DNA from: Octopus sinensis
Lineage: Eukaryota
Reading direction: 5' to 3'
Length of the DNA stretch: 64,000 nucleotides
Assembly: GCF_006345805.1 (NCBI RefSeq)
Contig: NW_021831752.1
Span: forward strand, 1 to 64,000
In this document: positions 38,900 through 52,759 of the stretch, piece by piece
Position numbering within the stretch: position 1 is the stretch's first letter
How the letters are laid out: each line of letters starts with the position of its first letter
Program-made: the position numbers and the translations under genes
Notes under the pieces: model-generated
What the model was told of the DNA's origin: nothing
Seen by the model: the letters and a program-made list of their open reading frames with translations, nothing else
Databases searched by the model: none

Positions 38900-40030
38900 G
38901 ACTTACTCTCGCTTTGCTCGGGGAACCTAATTCCTATTCAAAAGTCGAACAAGCCCAGTAGAAAACATCCGCCCAGTCATTCTGCTGAACTCCCTGAGGA
39001 AGATTCTTTCATTGATTGTGCTGGATCGAATCAAGGACAGAGTCAACGATTTTCTGTCTTCAAATCACAGTGGTTTCAGAAAAGTACGTTTAACCGCAGA
39101 CGTCCTGTGGAGCCACCGATGGAGGTGCGCAACCCACCAAAGATATCCAAGCGCCATAACAATCCTGATATGCCAAGAGCGTTGGACTCCACTCAGAAAA
39201 GTTTCTTAAACGAAGATGACATCAGAATGATTAAAGTGTTACTGAAAAAAACGGAACTCACTGTATGCCTTGGAACAACATGATTTTTCCTGACAAATGT
39301 AGGAACCCCTCTTGTCTCTGCTATTTATGATCTACTTCAAGGCTGCCTTGCGAGGGTTGAGAAGGCTAGGGGCCAATCACCAAGGTAGTCTACGCTGATG
39401 ACGTCGACTTTGTGTCGACCGACAAATCCGTGTTCCTCAGACTATTAAGGATTGCATCGAGAAAACTCGGAGAATTGTTCCTAATTATTAACACGGACAA
39501 GACCGACATTGTCGATGTATCACGTTCTGATACTCAGCTTATGGAAATATAGACTGTCAAAAGCTTTGCTCACTGCTTAAAGACCGAGAGGGCATAGTGC
39601 GCAGAAAACTCTGGCATCTGCTGCTCTAAAAACCGTCATGAAGAAATGGCTACGACATTGTCCTGTGCACCCCTCACTAATGTATAATTCATCTACATGG
39701 GGCATTTCCGATATCGAACTAAGGAATCTTGGCTCCTTTCACAGAAAACAACTTCGTGTCCTAAATGGCGTACACTGGCCTCAGAAAATCAACAACTCAT
39801 CCTTCTACAGGCTCACCAACTCGGTGCCGTGACATCATAACCAGCCGCTGGAGACTATTCGGGCACATCCTAAGAATGGACCCAACTGCCTACCAGGAAT
39901 ACTTTCTGTCAGATAGACCAAAATTTCGTGGACGACCCAACATTGCCGCCTGTTCTGCAACAGATCTAATTTGCGCGAAGAAAACTCTAAAAACTACGAT
40001 GACCTGAACGAACTCTGCAGGCAGGTCCAA
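38900..40030 (+). mobile_element. Decayed RTE-like non-LTR retrotransposon
   Basis: IRPVILLNSLRKILSLIVLDRIK...HSGFRK; YADDVDFVST; RWRLFGHILRM...FRGRP, with many frameshifts. Confidence 0.82.
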
Positions 40031-40335
40031 ACCCGCGGATAAGAAGTGTGTAGGAATATGACTTATTCTGTTCATTTTTTCTACGGAAAGTGCTGTAATA
40101 ATAAATTTATGACTTGACGGACAACCCAAATGATTAATTTAACTTATTTGATGCACTGCTTAGTGTCCTTTCATTCACCTGCCGTGTCCTTTTTAAATGG
40201 AGATTATTTGTAAACATTTTGTATTTCTGCCCGAGTCTCGAAATTTGTTCTCGATAGAAAGTATCGTTTGTTTAATTAAACAAATTAACATTTTAATCTA
40301 AAATTTTAAATTAAATAATTGTTAATTCACGTGAT

Positions 40336-41910
40336 ATGGCCAAATTTACATTCAATTACAAGTTATTGTCTCCAACTGTCAATTTATCACGCTTTAAGTC
40401 GAAAATTGACATTTTCCCAGATTTTTCTAAAGAAAGTGCAAATAAATTGTCGAAACAAAACCCCAGAAGCACTAATTCGGAGGGCAAGCGCAAATTAGCC
40501 GGCGAAATTCGTTTCGAGGACAACTTTCGCCTACAAAATTTTAGTGAAACGAACTCAAATTTATTTATAAATATTATTCAAAATGTGGAAGAGGCAGCTG
40601 TGAAGGCTCATCGGGATCTGTCCTTCACTTCTCTCGACAAGTATTTTCAACAAATAGACATGGAAAGTACAGTCCTCCCCACAACCCGACAGAGCAAGCA
40701 ATCGAGAGATATTCAGTCGAGTACGAGCAAAGTAAACACAATCTGGCCAAAATGATGGATCGGGACCCTGCGGATTTCACAAACCAAGAAATCGAGGTTT
40801 CATACTTTCAGTAGCGAAGGAATCGATTGAATATTTGATGCCTTCCAGTCTGCATGCTCGAGAATTCCGCCCGCAGCTCAAGGCACACCTTCTATTATTA
40901 GTATTTAGCCCGCAGAGGAAGTTTACACGCGAAAAAATGGTGGTTGAGCCACGTTTATTCTAGCTCCCAGATTCGATTCGACTGGACGTCCTTTGAGTTT
41001 TCTTTTTTATACGGGACACGAGAGCTTCTATTCCACTTTACATGTACTGACCCACTCATTTCCAGGACGTGTCCGTATATACGAGGAAACTACACGAGTT
41101 GTCTGATTCCAATTCTCCCAATCCTGACAAATTGTATTCTTTGTGGTGAGTCGGTAGTGATCGGACGGATTTCCGCTTTCTCACTCCTGAAGAACTCAGA
41201 AAAAGGTTTGCGGACAAAAAACTAACTGATGAAATGGCAGGAATTGAGTTGTTGATTGATTAGTGCACAAATTTTAACAATTCGATCAAAATCCTTTCAG
41301 AAACGGACTATTCCGCACATTTTTCAGAATTCTTAGAATCCTATTTGGGCAAACTGGTCTCATTCTCCCACGAAAATGCAAACACCTGTGTATTTGGCTG
41401 TCTGGACTTGAGGATTAGACCCCCGTTATTAAAAACGGAGTCAAGCACATGGAGGCTCGAGGGGCCAGGAAGACGGCGAGTGCGAAAGTATTGTTAAAAG
41501 TTCCGGGGACTGGTCTATTGACCGTGAATGGGCGAAGCATTCTGTACTTTGAGTCCATTCTCGACAGGTCAGCTGATTCGATGTGATGTTTGCAGATATC
41601 AGCTTCTCGGTCCTCTGTCTCTTAGCAAAATGTTGAGTAAAGTCGACATTTCGAGTTCTGTTTCTGGCGGGGGACACTCATCTCAGGCTGGAGCTCTCCG
41701 TTTGGCCATCTCCAAAGCCTTATTACCGTTTTTAAGCTCAGACATGGTTGAGGTGATGCGGCAGGGTAGATAAAATGAATTAATTTGCAAAGCGGGATAT
41801 TTGACCCGTGATCCCCGTGTCAAGGAGAGAAAGAAGCCTGGGAAGGAGGGGGCTCGTCGTGGTTTCACATGGTTAACTATATGCCAACCATTTGTAGGCT
41901 CAAGCGGTAG
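40336..41910 (+). CDS. MRPS9: Mitochondrial ribosomal protein S9, multi-exon
   Basis: [10 protein letters not shown]; [21 protein letters not shown]; [27 protein letters not shown]. Confidence 0.9.
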
Positions 41911-42489
41911 TCCTGGTTTAATATGAATTTTATTTATTCGTTTTGAAAATAAAAAAATTTGCTATTTAAATCTATATAACCGAACCAAATGTGTCTTGTT
42001 TGTTTTAGCGGCAATTCTTTCCCCTGAGACGTTGAATGGCTTTTACTCTCCTCTGGTCCCAATTTGATATTTGGATGTCAGCATTAAGAGATTTTTCTAA
42101 ACGAGAGTAAACGATCGGATAATTACCTAAAAGTATCAAATGGTTCGTAATTTAGTCAATGTTGAGCATGAATGTATATTCAGATTTGTTCTCCCTATAA
42201 AGAAATAACCAATGAAGTAACGACCTTTCACAATCAGCAGGAAAAGATGTCAGGAAAAGCCACGAATGATTTGTATCCCGTCTGACCACTTTCCATCACA
42301 ACTGTAAAAACAAATGGTTGAGTGCGAAAACATGTCAACGCAGAGTGCGTACGACGTCATTGAGGTCATCAATTACAGAACAAACAATTAAAAATATTTC
42401 AACGACCAATTCTAAAATAAGGAATTCGATGGTCATTTTCCTTCCTTCCTTAAAAAAAATATATAATTCCCATTACGTCTGTTTGTTAA

Positions 42490-43566
42490 ATGCTTGTCAA
42501 ATGTAATCCCCGTGTTTCTTTAAAAGAATATTTGGAATATCGCAATTATACCAAAAATAGTGAGAAAGTACTATTTGTGATATATACGTTAAGGCGGTTT
42601 CCTTGAATATACATAATATTAAATTCGATATTACAGAGCTTCAAAAATACCAATTCCCCGAACTCTCTTCACTTTTCCTCATTTCTTGTGATTTGACCAC
42701 TTTGAAGGGGCTTCCGTATTATCCCAAACTTGATTTGGTATTGCACCAAACATGATAGGGTAGATGTTGATTTTCTGCGACGGTCTCGAGAGCGGGATCG
42801 ATGAATTACCAGTCAAATGTCCAAACCTCATGCGACTTGCCCTCAATGTCCCCAAATTGGACTTTGAACACATATTTATTCTTGTATTGACATATTCGCT
42901 ATTCGACAGTCTAAAATCCCTTCCCTTCGAGTGCTAACACTATCTTGCAAAAACCAACCAAATCGTCAAAAGCTTTCAGAAACGTTATTCAAAGCCATCC
43001 CTCAGCTAATCGTTGTTAACCAACACGATGTCCACGGAAATTATACCAAACCCGGTTATTTGTTATGATTATTCTTTCAGGTGAATTACTCACCAAATAT
43101 TTTTTGGACAACAAAAAACTTTTTTCATAACATTTATTTACATTTTTTTCTTGCTGAGTTTAATGCTCGTTTGGTGGAAAAAGAGAGTCAAACCAAAAAG
43201 AGTCTTTTATAACGTATAAGGGCTTTTTCCAACACTTTTTTGGGTTTGTCGACAAATGTTTTGTCTGGCAGTGCGTATACTCTGCGATCACTTTATAAGA
43301 GCTCAGTGGACTGTCAAGGATACTGTGGACGATCGTTGGATCAAAAACTAGGAATTCGTGTTGACAAGTTCAAGGGTTATCACGTTTAGCTTTGACGGAG
43401 TGTATTTCTGTTAAAAAAAGTCAGGTGAGTAAATGCACAAAACAAGTCCGACCGAGCATTCGGACAGTCATTGTATAAAAAGATATCGCTTTTAGACGTG
43501 CCGAAATCACTGCTTGGATTTGGAAGCAAAGACAAGTTAGTAATGACCAGAATAGACAGTCCCTAA
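42490..43566 (+). CDS. ANP32-like leucine-rich repeat protein (structure after ~43060 uncertain)
   Basis: Introns of 26 nt give FPELSSLFLISCDLTTLKGLPYYPKL...SGIDELPVKCPNLMRLAL...LFKAIPQLIVVNQHD, paralleling ANP32 LRR and LRR-cap motifs. Confidence 0.55.
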
Positions 43567-43612
43567 TTGTGTGGATATGAGTTGTTACTACAAATATGAT
43601 CAAAATAAATTA

Positions 43613-44408
43613 TCATCTTCCGGGGGACTTGGAACTAAGCTTAATATGAAGGTCGTCCTTGAACATGAAGGCAACAACCAAACCACGTCTTTCTGGAGTT
43701 TATCGACAATTGTCTGGGCTTCTTCCATATCCTCGAAAGTACCCCAACTCACAGTACCGGAGGGAGTTGAGACAACAACTTGAAACGTCTCCGACACTTG
43801 TTGAGAGTAGCATCCACCTGCTCCAGTCTTTCCCCCAATCCCTTCAAGGACGACGAGCTCACATCCTCCAGGCTGATTCCACCCAATCGGTCTTCCAGTG
43901 CAATCTGGCTGGTCACAGAAATATACTTCTGACAGAATTGCCCTCGAAATATACTCAGAGGGACACTCCAAGTCGTCCTCAACTATCCCCGGGGTCATTT
44001 CACGGAAACTGCCACCTCTGTGTGAAATATGCACCTTTCTAAGGAATTGAGGAGACTGAGGGATGTTCGATGATCTCGGCGGAGTCTTAAATATTCCAAT
44101 TTGTTATTCGAAATTTCTATTTTTCGCTTAATAGTGTCACTCCGGTCGTCCAGGACTGCCCAACAGATTCTGCATTTATTGAAATAATTAGACTGGGAAA
44201 GGAAAGGGGGTTTCTCCACTTTGAAATGCACTGCCAACCTGACGAGGGCGTCGATATATAAACGTGTGTCCTGATCTATGTCCGAATACGAACAGTTTAT
44301 GAGTTTTAGTGATCGAGACATTTTTTCTAAACTATTAAATCCATTTTCATTATTTATTTTCTCAGAATCCTGATTAAGCACTGTGGAGTGGACATTGGAA
44401 GGGTCCAT
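43613..44408 (-). CDS. HAUS1: HAUS augmin-like complex subunit 1-like, multi-exon
   Basis: YIDALVRLAVHFKVEK and spliced LSQLPP|DMEEAQTIVDKLQKDV resemble HAUS1 motifs. Confidence 0.5.
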
Positions 44409-44485
44409 CAACAAGAAAAATAAAAGAGCGCCTAATAAATAAAAACAAATATAAAAATTGTTAAAATATATTTATTATAATAAAT

Positions 44486-44950
44486 CAGCGTTTTCTAACT
44501 TTTTTATGAACACAGTACCAAAAACCAGGTTTGTTCTCGCGGCACATATTAATTAGAAATGTTTTTTAATTAATATATTTAAGAAACTTAACAAAAAATG
44601 TGACTATGATAACTAATGAGACACTTGTTTATGTATACATAAAATTTCCAGACAACCTGTTTCTGTTTTTTTGATTTAATGTCGACGAGACAGGAGAAAG
44701 TTTGTTCACACTTATGATGCTGCAAACTGAAGCTATATTTGTATTGCTCTTTTAAAAATAGAAGGATAAGAATCTTTTATGGAAATCCAGCAATTTTATT
44801 TTTAATGTGCGATCACATCGAAGTTGGTAAAGCTCCTTTTCTTCTAAGTTGATAGTCATATGATTCTGAGAATGGGTTTCTTATCTAATCGTATATTTCA
44901 ATATCAAGAGAAGGAAATAATGATTAATGATCTCTACCAATTGTTTTTGA
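44486..44950 (-). mobile_element. hAT (Buster/Charlie-like) transposase 3' remnant with a probable terminal repeat
   Basis: Minus strand YPSIFKRAIQI*LQFAAS...CEQTFSCLVDIKSKNRNRL is the hAT dimerisation motif; CAGCGTTTTCTAACTTTTT at 44486 resembles a Buster-type TIR. Confidence 0.55.
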
Positions 44951-45422
44951 TGAGATATAATACACCCACTAATCGCATTATTAACTAAAATATTCTTATC
45001 TTTGTATATCTTGTATGCTTTCCCACGATTGAAACATTTCTTTAACATGATTCTTCCAAGAATTTTGTTATTCTTTGAATGATTTTATCAGCAGAGGTTG
45101 ACACTCTCGAAATGATAAGATCACTTTCTGTTCGATGACCGAGATTTAAAACACAGCGACGAACATCCCAATCCGGCACTTAAATTGGTTTCCCAGTTGT
45201 GTTGACCTTGCCCAGCCTTGTTATCCACGACTGCTTACCTTCAATTCTGTTCCCTTTCCTTGAAGTCTGAATTTTCGATTGTTGGCAATATCTGGTCCTT
45301 TTGTGCCCTCGTGTATCCGCTAGAGTTCGAAAGACGGAATAAATGAACCTAAAAGATGGGAATGTCTCTTAGTAACAGCACTTAATAGAATGACGTATTA
45401 GTGAGAACAATGAGGTTAATTG

Positions 45423-46362
45423 TTAAGCGGAATATGACATCCTCGTTTGAATATACAACTCCTTCAGTTTGTCGAACCCGGAAAGCACCCCCGCCCCGGC
45501 AATCCCTCTCAGAATATTAGCCCCGGCGCCCTTCATGAGTGACTGATATCCATCGGAAATGACGATCTGTCGGAAGCAGTCCCACGATCCCTTATATTTA
45601 ACGGCCTCCCCGGACGTCATCATCATTCGTCGACGAATCGTGTCCACCGGATATGACAGCAGACCAGAAACGACCGTCACGTTGTAGCCCAAAATGAAAT
45701 TCATCATGAGGGAGTTCTCGTTGGGCAACAGTGGCTTGAGTGTGTCGTACAACCCAAAGTAGAATCCTCGATAAATGAATATTCCAGCACAAGAAATGTT
45801 GAATCCCCGGTAAAGGCCAACAAAGCCGTCTGATTTGATAGTCTTGGCGTAGACATCAATCAGTCCGTTGAACTGTCGTTCGGACATTCCCTTCGAGGTG
45901 GCCTTGGCGTCGTTGGCCAGTCGAGTCCGGGCATAGTCCAGGGAATAAACGAAGGCCAGAGACATACTCCCGGCCACTCCCCCAGAACATATATTCTTGG
46001 TCATTTTGTTGGCATAACTGTCCGTTTTATTCACTTTGAAGACGGCCTTGATTTGGTCCCGGAAGGCGAAATTGAGTGCCTGTGTGGGGAAGTAACGGAG
46101 GCAGTTGGCCAGATTCCCTCTCCAGAAGGAAAAGAGTCCTGAATGTAGAGAAGAGTATACCCTCAGCGTGATATGTTCTGGTGGTGCAGTCGATAATCCC
46201 ATTGTATGGATGAGAGAGACGGCCAGCCTTTATCATTTCGCTCTGATTCTGCACCAACAGTTTGATTCGCTCGATGGGAGCTGCCCCAGTCTTGGAAACC
46301 ACGGCTGCCAATCCGCTGAGAGCAAAACTCTCGAGAAACGACAACTCACTATCTTGACCCAT
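45423..46362 (-). CDS. Mitochondrial ADP/ATP carrier (SLC25 AAC), 2 exons
   Basis: [24 protein letters not shown] and the RRRMMM signature; a single 22-nt intron at 46139-46160 joins the two ORFs in frame. Confidence 0.96.
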
Positions 46363-46461
46363 TCTATGACGTAGTGTGCTGTGCAATTACATTACTTTAG
46401 GTTAGCCACTAATTTAATAAATTAGATTTATTAACAAAACACGATTTATCTCCAATAATTA

Positions 46462-47285
46462 TTATTGAATGCACTAATAACATCCCTAATATATATACTC
46501 TGACTGTCGATCGGATGGCCGCCAATGTCTGGAGGACTGCAAACATAGTCTGCCCGACCCAATGGAAGAAGGCTTGTAGTTCTTGTCGAAGCAACATAAC
46601 TATCACCGTCAGCAGGAAGTACCAGTGTCCTTCCAATTACGTCGAGGGGAGTTGATGGGAGGACTTGTTCTGTCTAAAACTCACAACCAGTGGTTCACCC
46701 TTCCAGATCATCATGGACGGAGTTCTCCCCACTGACCGTCCTTCGTGTTGCTGGAATACAAAACACGCCTGACTTGTTCGGCCAGTCGCTTTTTCAGAAA
46801 GGTGACTTGTTGGGTCAATTCGGTTATTTTGCTGGAATAAAATGGACACTCACTTCTCGTACAGACACAGCTTGTCCGCAGTGGCTCGCGAGTCGGCCGC
46901 CTGCTTGTTCATTTTGGACATTTTGTATGTGAGGTAGGAGTGCAGGTGGGATCGGTGATTCTGCTGAAAGTCCACCACTTTCCGCAGTTGGTCGCAGTAG
47001 GAGTTTATTTTGTCGAGGATAATTGCTGGGTTTTGGAAGAGGGCATAAATGTTGGGATTTGTCTATTTTATTCTACTTATTTTTGTTACATTTCTCGAAA
47101 ACTCCACGTACTGACACGCTTTTTTGCATAGGCTACAAACGGGAGTTGTGCCTAATGCTTGGTGAGAGAGAATGACCTGGTTTTAGGCAACATTGGCAGT
47201 ATATATGTCCACAGTTCGTCACGTAGAACTTGACACTGTTTGTGCCCAGTCGGTAGCATAAATTGCAATGAAACCACTCACGCAT
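46462..47285 (-). CDS. RNF212: RNF212/Zip3-family meiotic RING E3 ligase, multi-exon
   Basis: MREWFHCNLC...FYVTNCGHIYCQCC...CSLCKKAC followed by the coiled coil KVVDFQQNHRSHL. The 3' exons are less certain. Confidence 0.82.
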
Positions 47286-47443
47286 AACCAACACCACTAA
47301 ACGGCAACAACTGATAAAAGTTGTTTTCCCTCTCTCTATAAATCAAGTTAGCCGCGATAAAGTTTAAAAATAATAATTTAAATAAATAAATAATATATAT
47401 TAAAACAATATAATATAAATTCAACGATTGTTATTAGTTGTGA

Positions 47444-49643
<2,200 letters not shown>

Positions 49644-50307
49644 TATTTGTGTTTATATTTTGTGGCTTGTTAAGAGCATTGTTCTTTACTCTTTTATGTA
49701 CAACGGGCGGACTAGCCAATGAACCTAACTAACTAATCTTGTGAGATTTGCAAGTGTGCATTTTACTTTGAGAGGCATTAATTGGCTATACTCTCGGGCA
49801 ATTGTAAGACAAAACAAATTTTATAAAAAAACTGCATAAAATTGATGTTAATTATGGAAAAAGTGGACTATGACTGAAACCTGCTTGTTGTGCGGTTGAA
49901 TTGGTTACTAGTGGCAGTCATTCTAGTCTAGTTATTTAATGTAATATATAAAATTAAAAAAACTCATTTTTCTAAAAATGCACTAATGAGGGCGCCAAGA
50001 CTGCATCTTGTTCTGGCATATTCGATTCCCACCGTATGAAAATGAGTTCTTGAAGATTAATTATGCTTAAAATTTGGCTCTGATGTGATCATCAGTTTGC
50101 GCAGTACTAATAAAAAGCATCGAAAGACCAGGATTAAAGAGGCTTAAGGCACATTATATAACAAAATAATAGTAAAAGAACTTGTCTGAAACTGTTGGAA
50201 ATCAATTATATTGTTAAGGAAGAAATTTATCAAATGATTATTTCTTTAAACAAACCTCATAAAAATAGGCAGTTTTTACCAAAGCACATCCTTTTGATAC
50301 TAATTAG

Positions 50308-51798
50308 TGTCGCGCGCAATGGATGAAACGCGTGCCTAAAGTGAAACGCTGTGAACCTTGAGAAAACCACAAAAAACCTCGAAAATAAAATTAACAATCC
50401 TTTGATGAAAACAGGAATAAAACCGAGAAATCAATTTTTTATTATTATCGTTTGAAAGATTAACAATTTATTTAAATAATGGTTAGCCATTTTAAAATTA
50501 CCAAAAAATTAAAAATATTTTAACCTGAAAATTTACCTGTCTAAATTTTTTAACTTGTGATTTAAATACTATTTGTTCATTTCCATCTTGATCTTTTATT
50601 TTAACTCTATTATTTGAAATTAAATCTTCAACAGTAAAGATTTGTTGATGATAAAAAGATTCTAATTTTCGCTTCTTCGTCCTTTGATTTGTATCAAAAT
50701 CTTTTTTCAGCAAAACATTATTTCCAATTGCAATTTCTATATCCTCTTGTTCGGAAAAAAGCCATAAATGGTGACATATTTATAGAAGAATGAATTGAAA
50801 TATTGTACTGATATACAATTTTTTCTAACACATCCACCCATTTTTTCTGTTTGTCTGTGAGTTCTTTTTGAATCCATCTGCAAATGGTTTGATTGCAACG
50901 CTCCACTTGTCCCTGTGATTCTGGATGTCTTGGACGTCCCCTTTTATGAATTATTTTAAATTCTTCACATAATGACGTTATTTCTGAATTAACAAATTCT
51001 GTTCCGTTGTCAGACTGCAGAATTTTTGGTGGACCATAGGAAAGAAATATAGTTTTCAATGATTCCGAAACTGTAACTGCTTCTTTATTTTCTATTTTTT
51101 TAGCAAAGCAAAATTTTGAATAAATATCTATGACATTCATAAGATATTTATAGGAATCATTTATATCTGCATAAAACGAAAGATCGACTAAATCAACTTG
51201 ATAGCTAAAAATAAGCTATTGAATGAACCGTTCTCGAGGTTCTTTGGCTACTATGTTGACTAGTGGATATTTTGTCTTTAAGGGCTGACTTCGCTGACAT
51301 TTGTGGCATGATGATATTACATCCCTAATTATGTTTCGATTGATTATGCAAAAATTATTTTTGCAATACTCTTCCATTTTATTAATCCATAGTGATAAAT
51401 TGAATGAATCCTTTCACAATGCAGTTTCATGGATTCGAAATCATTTGAGGCAATTACCAATATTTTGTTTCCATCAGATTGTTTATAATATAGCACACCT
51501 ATCATTAGATTTAATAGTACCTCCAGAATTTACGAAATTTCTACATTTTTTGAGAAAACGAAATCTTTTTAGTCTTGAAAAATCTTCTGGTATTGTATTA
51601 TTTATTAAAAAATCAAGAATATTCTTATACTCCTGATCATCCTTTACAATGTTGGCAAATCTCATTTCGATAATATTATCTCAAAGTGCGCAATCATCTT
51701 TAATATTGACTTGATAATTGTCAAGAGCTTAATTGAAGGTTAAATTCAAGGTCACGGCGTTTCACTTTAGGCACGCGTTTCATTTATGGCGCGTGACA
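50308..51798 (-). mobile_element. 1.49-kb Ginger-type DNA transposon: HHCC + DDE integrase, ~53-bp TGT...ACA TIRs, two micro-introns; defective copy
   Basis: TIRs TGTCGCGCGCAATGGATGAAACGCGTGCCTAAAGTGAAACGC... (50308) and its reverse complement ending at 51798. Motifs H..YHYG...CHKC, YQVDLVD, LQSDNGTEF, QGQVER. Introns at 51499-51520 and 51205-51228. No RT or gag. Flanks TTAG/ATAG are an imperfect TSD. Confidence 0.88.
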
Positions 51799-52759
51799 AT
51801 AGTCTCCGAAAAGCATTTTTTACTCAATGAAAATAAAACATGACAGAATAATGACACGTGGCATAATACGGATATTATTGGACATAAAAGAAACGCAATC
51901 CTAGCGTGCTATAATTTTATTGCCGCATTCCTCTCAATTTCAAGGGTTAATGGGGTTGAATAAATAAATAAAACGGAACTTATTTTATCAAACAACGTCA
52001 GAGAATGAATTTCGTACTAAATAGCATAGAAAGCTGTATTAGCAATTATTGAACCTAAATTGTACAATTTATCAAAATTGATTTTTTGTTAAAAGATATC
52101 AGAAACTGATTGTTTGTATAAAAAAAAGTTGATTCAGTCTAACATTAATTGATAAATCCTATAACAGACAATGGAATTCAAAAAATTCGGAAAATGTGAT
52201 CTCACTTGCTGTCCGCGCGTTTGACTTGATTTTTTGATCGCGGGACTGCTGCTGAATGAACATATTAATGGTAGATATATTAATTATGAACTCAAGTCTT
52301 TAAACAAAAAGATAGCCATTAGACATTCCCTTTAGACTATAAATTTATAGTTAATAATTCTTGTGGTAATCAGAAATATAACAATAAGTGTAATCAATTT
52401 TATTTCGGTTTTTCAAAAGGATGTTTTTTTGCAGTTTTTTCAAAATTTCCATTTTTATGTTTCAAGAAAGATTTAGATAATAACTGCAAAACTCCAAACT
52501 TTTTACATTTTGGAATAGTTTCGGCTGAAACCAGACATTTGGTATGGAATTCCCGTAGAAATAAAATTTATGTCTTTGTGAATATGTCTGTTTGGAATTA
52601 AATTCTAAAACTAAAGTAAAATAACTGGAAAATTAGTCCATATTGTTTAATTAAATTTAAAAATATGACTGAAACTTTAATTTTGTTGTACTAAAAAAAC
52701 TGTAAATAAATAATTAAAGATTAAAAGAAAGGCCCATTTTGCTGTGGTTTATTTACTAA

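Noticed and set aside
45423-46362. Horizontal transfer or contamination for the ADP/ATP carrier
   Set aside because: It has a host-type 22-nt intron and sits among animal genes; this carrier type is, from recall, also found in other invertebrates.
50308-51798. LTR retrotransposon or domesticated SCAND3/KRBA2-like gene
   Set aside because: Ends are inverted rather than direct repeats, there is no RT, protease or gag, and TIRs plus related MITE and decayed copies indicate a DNA transposon.
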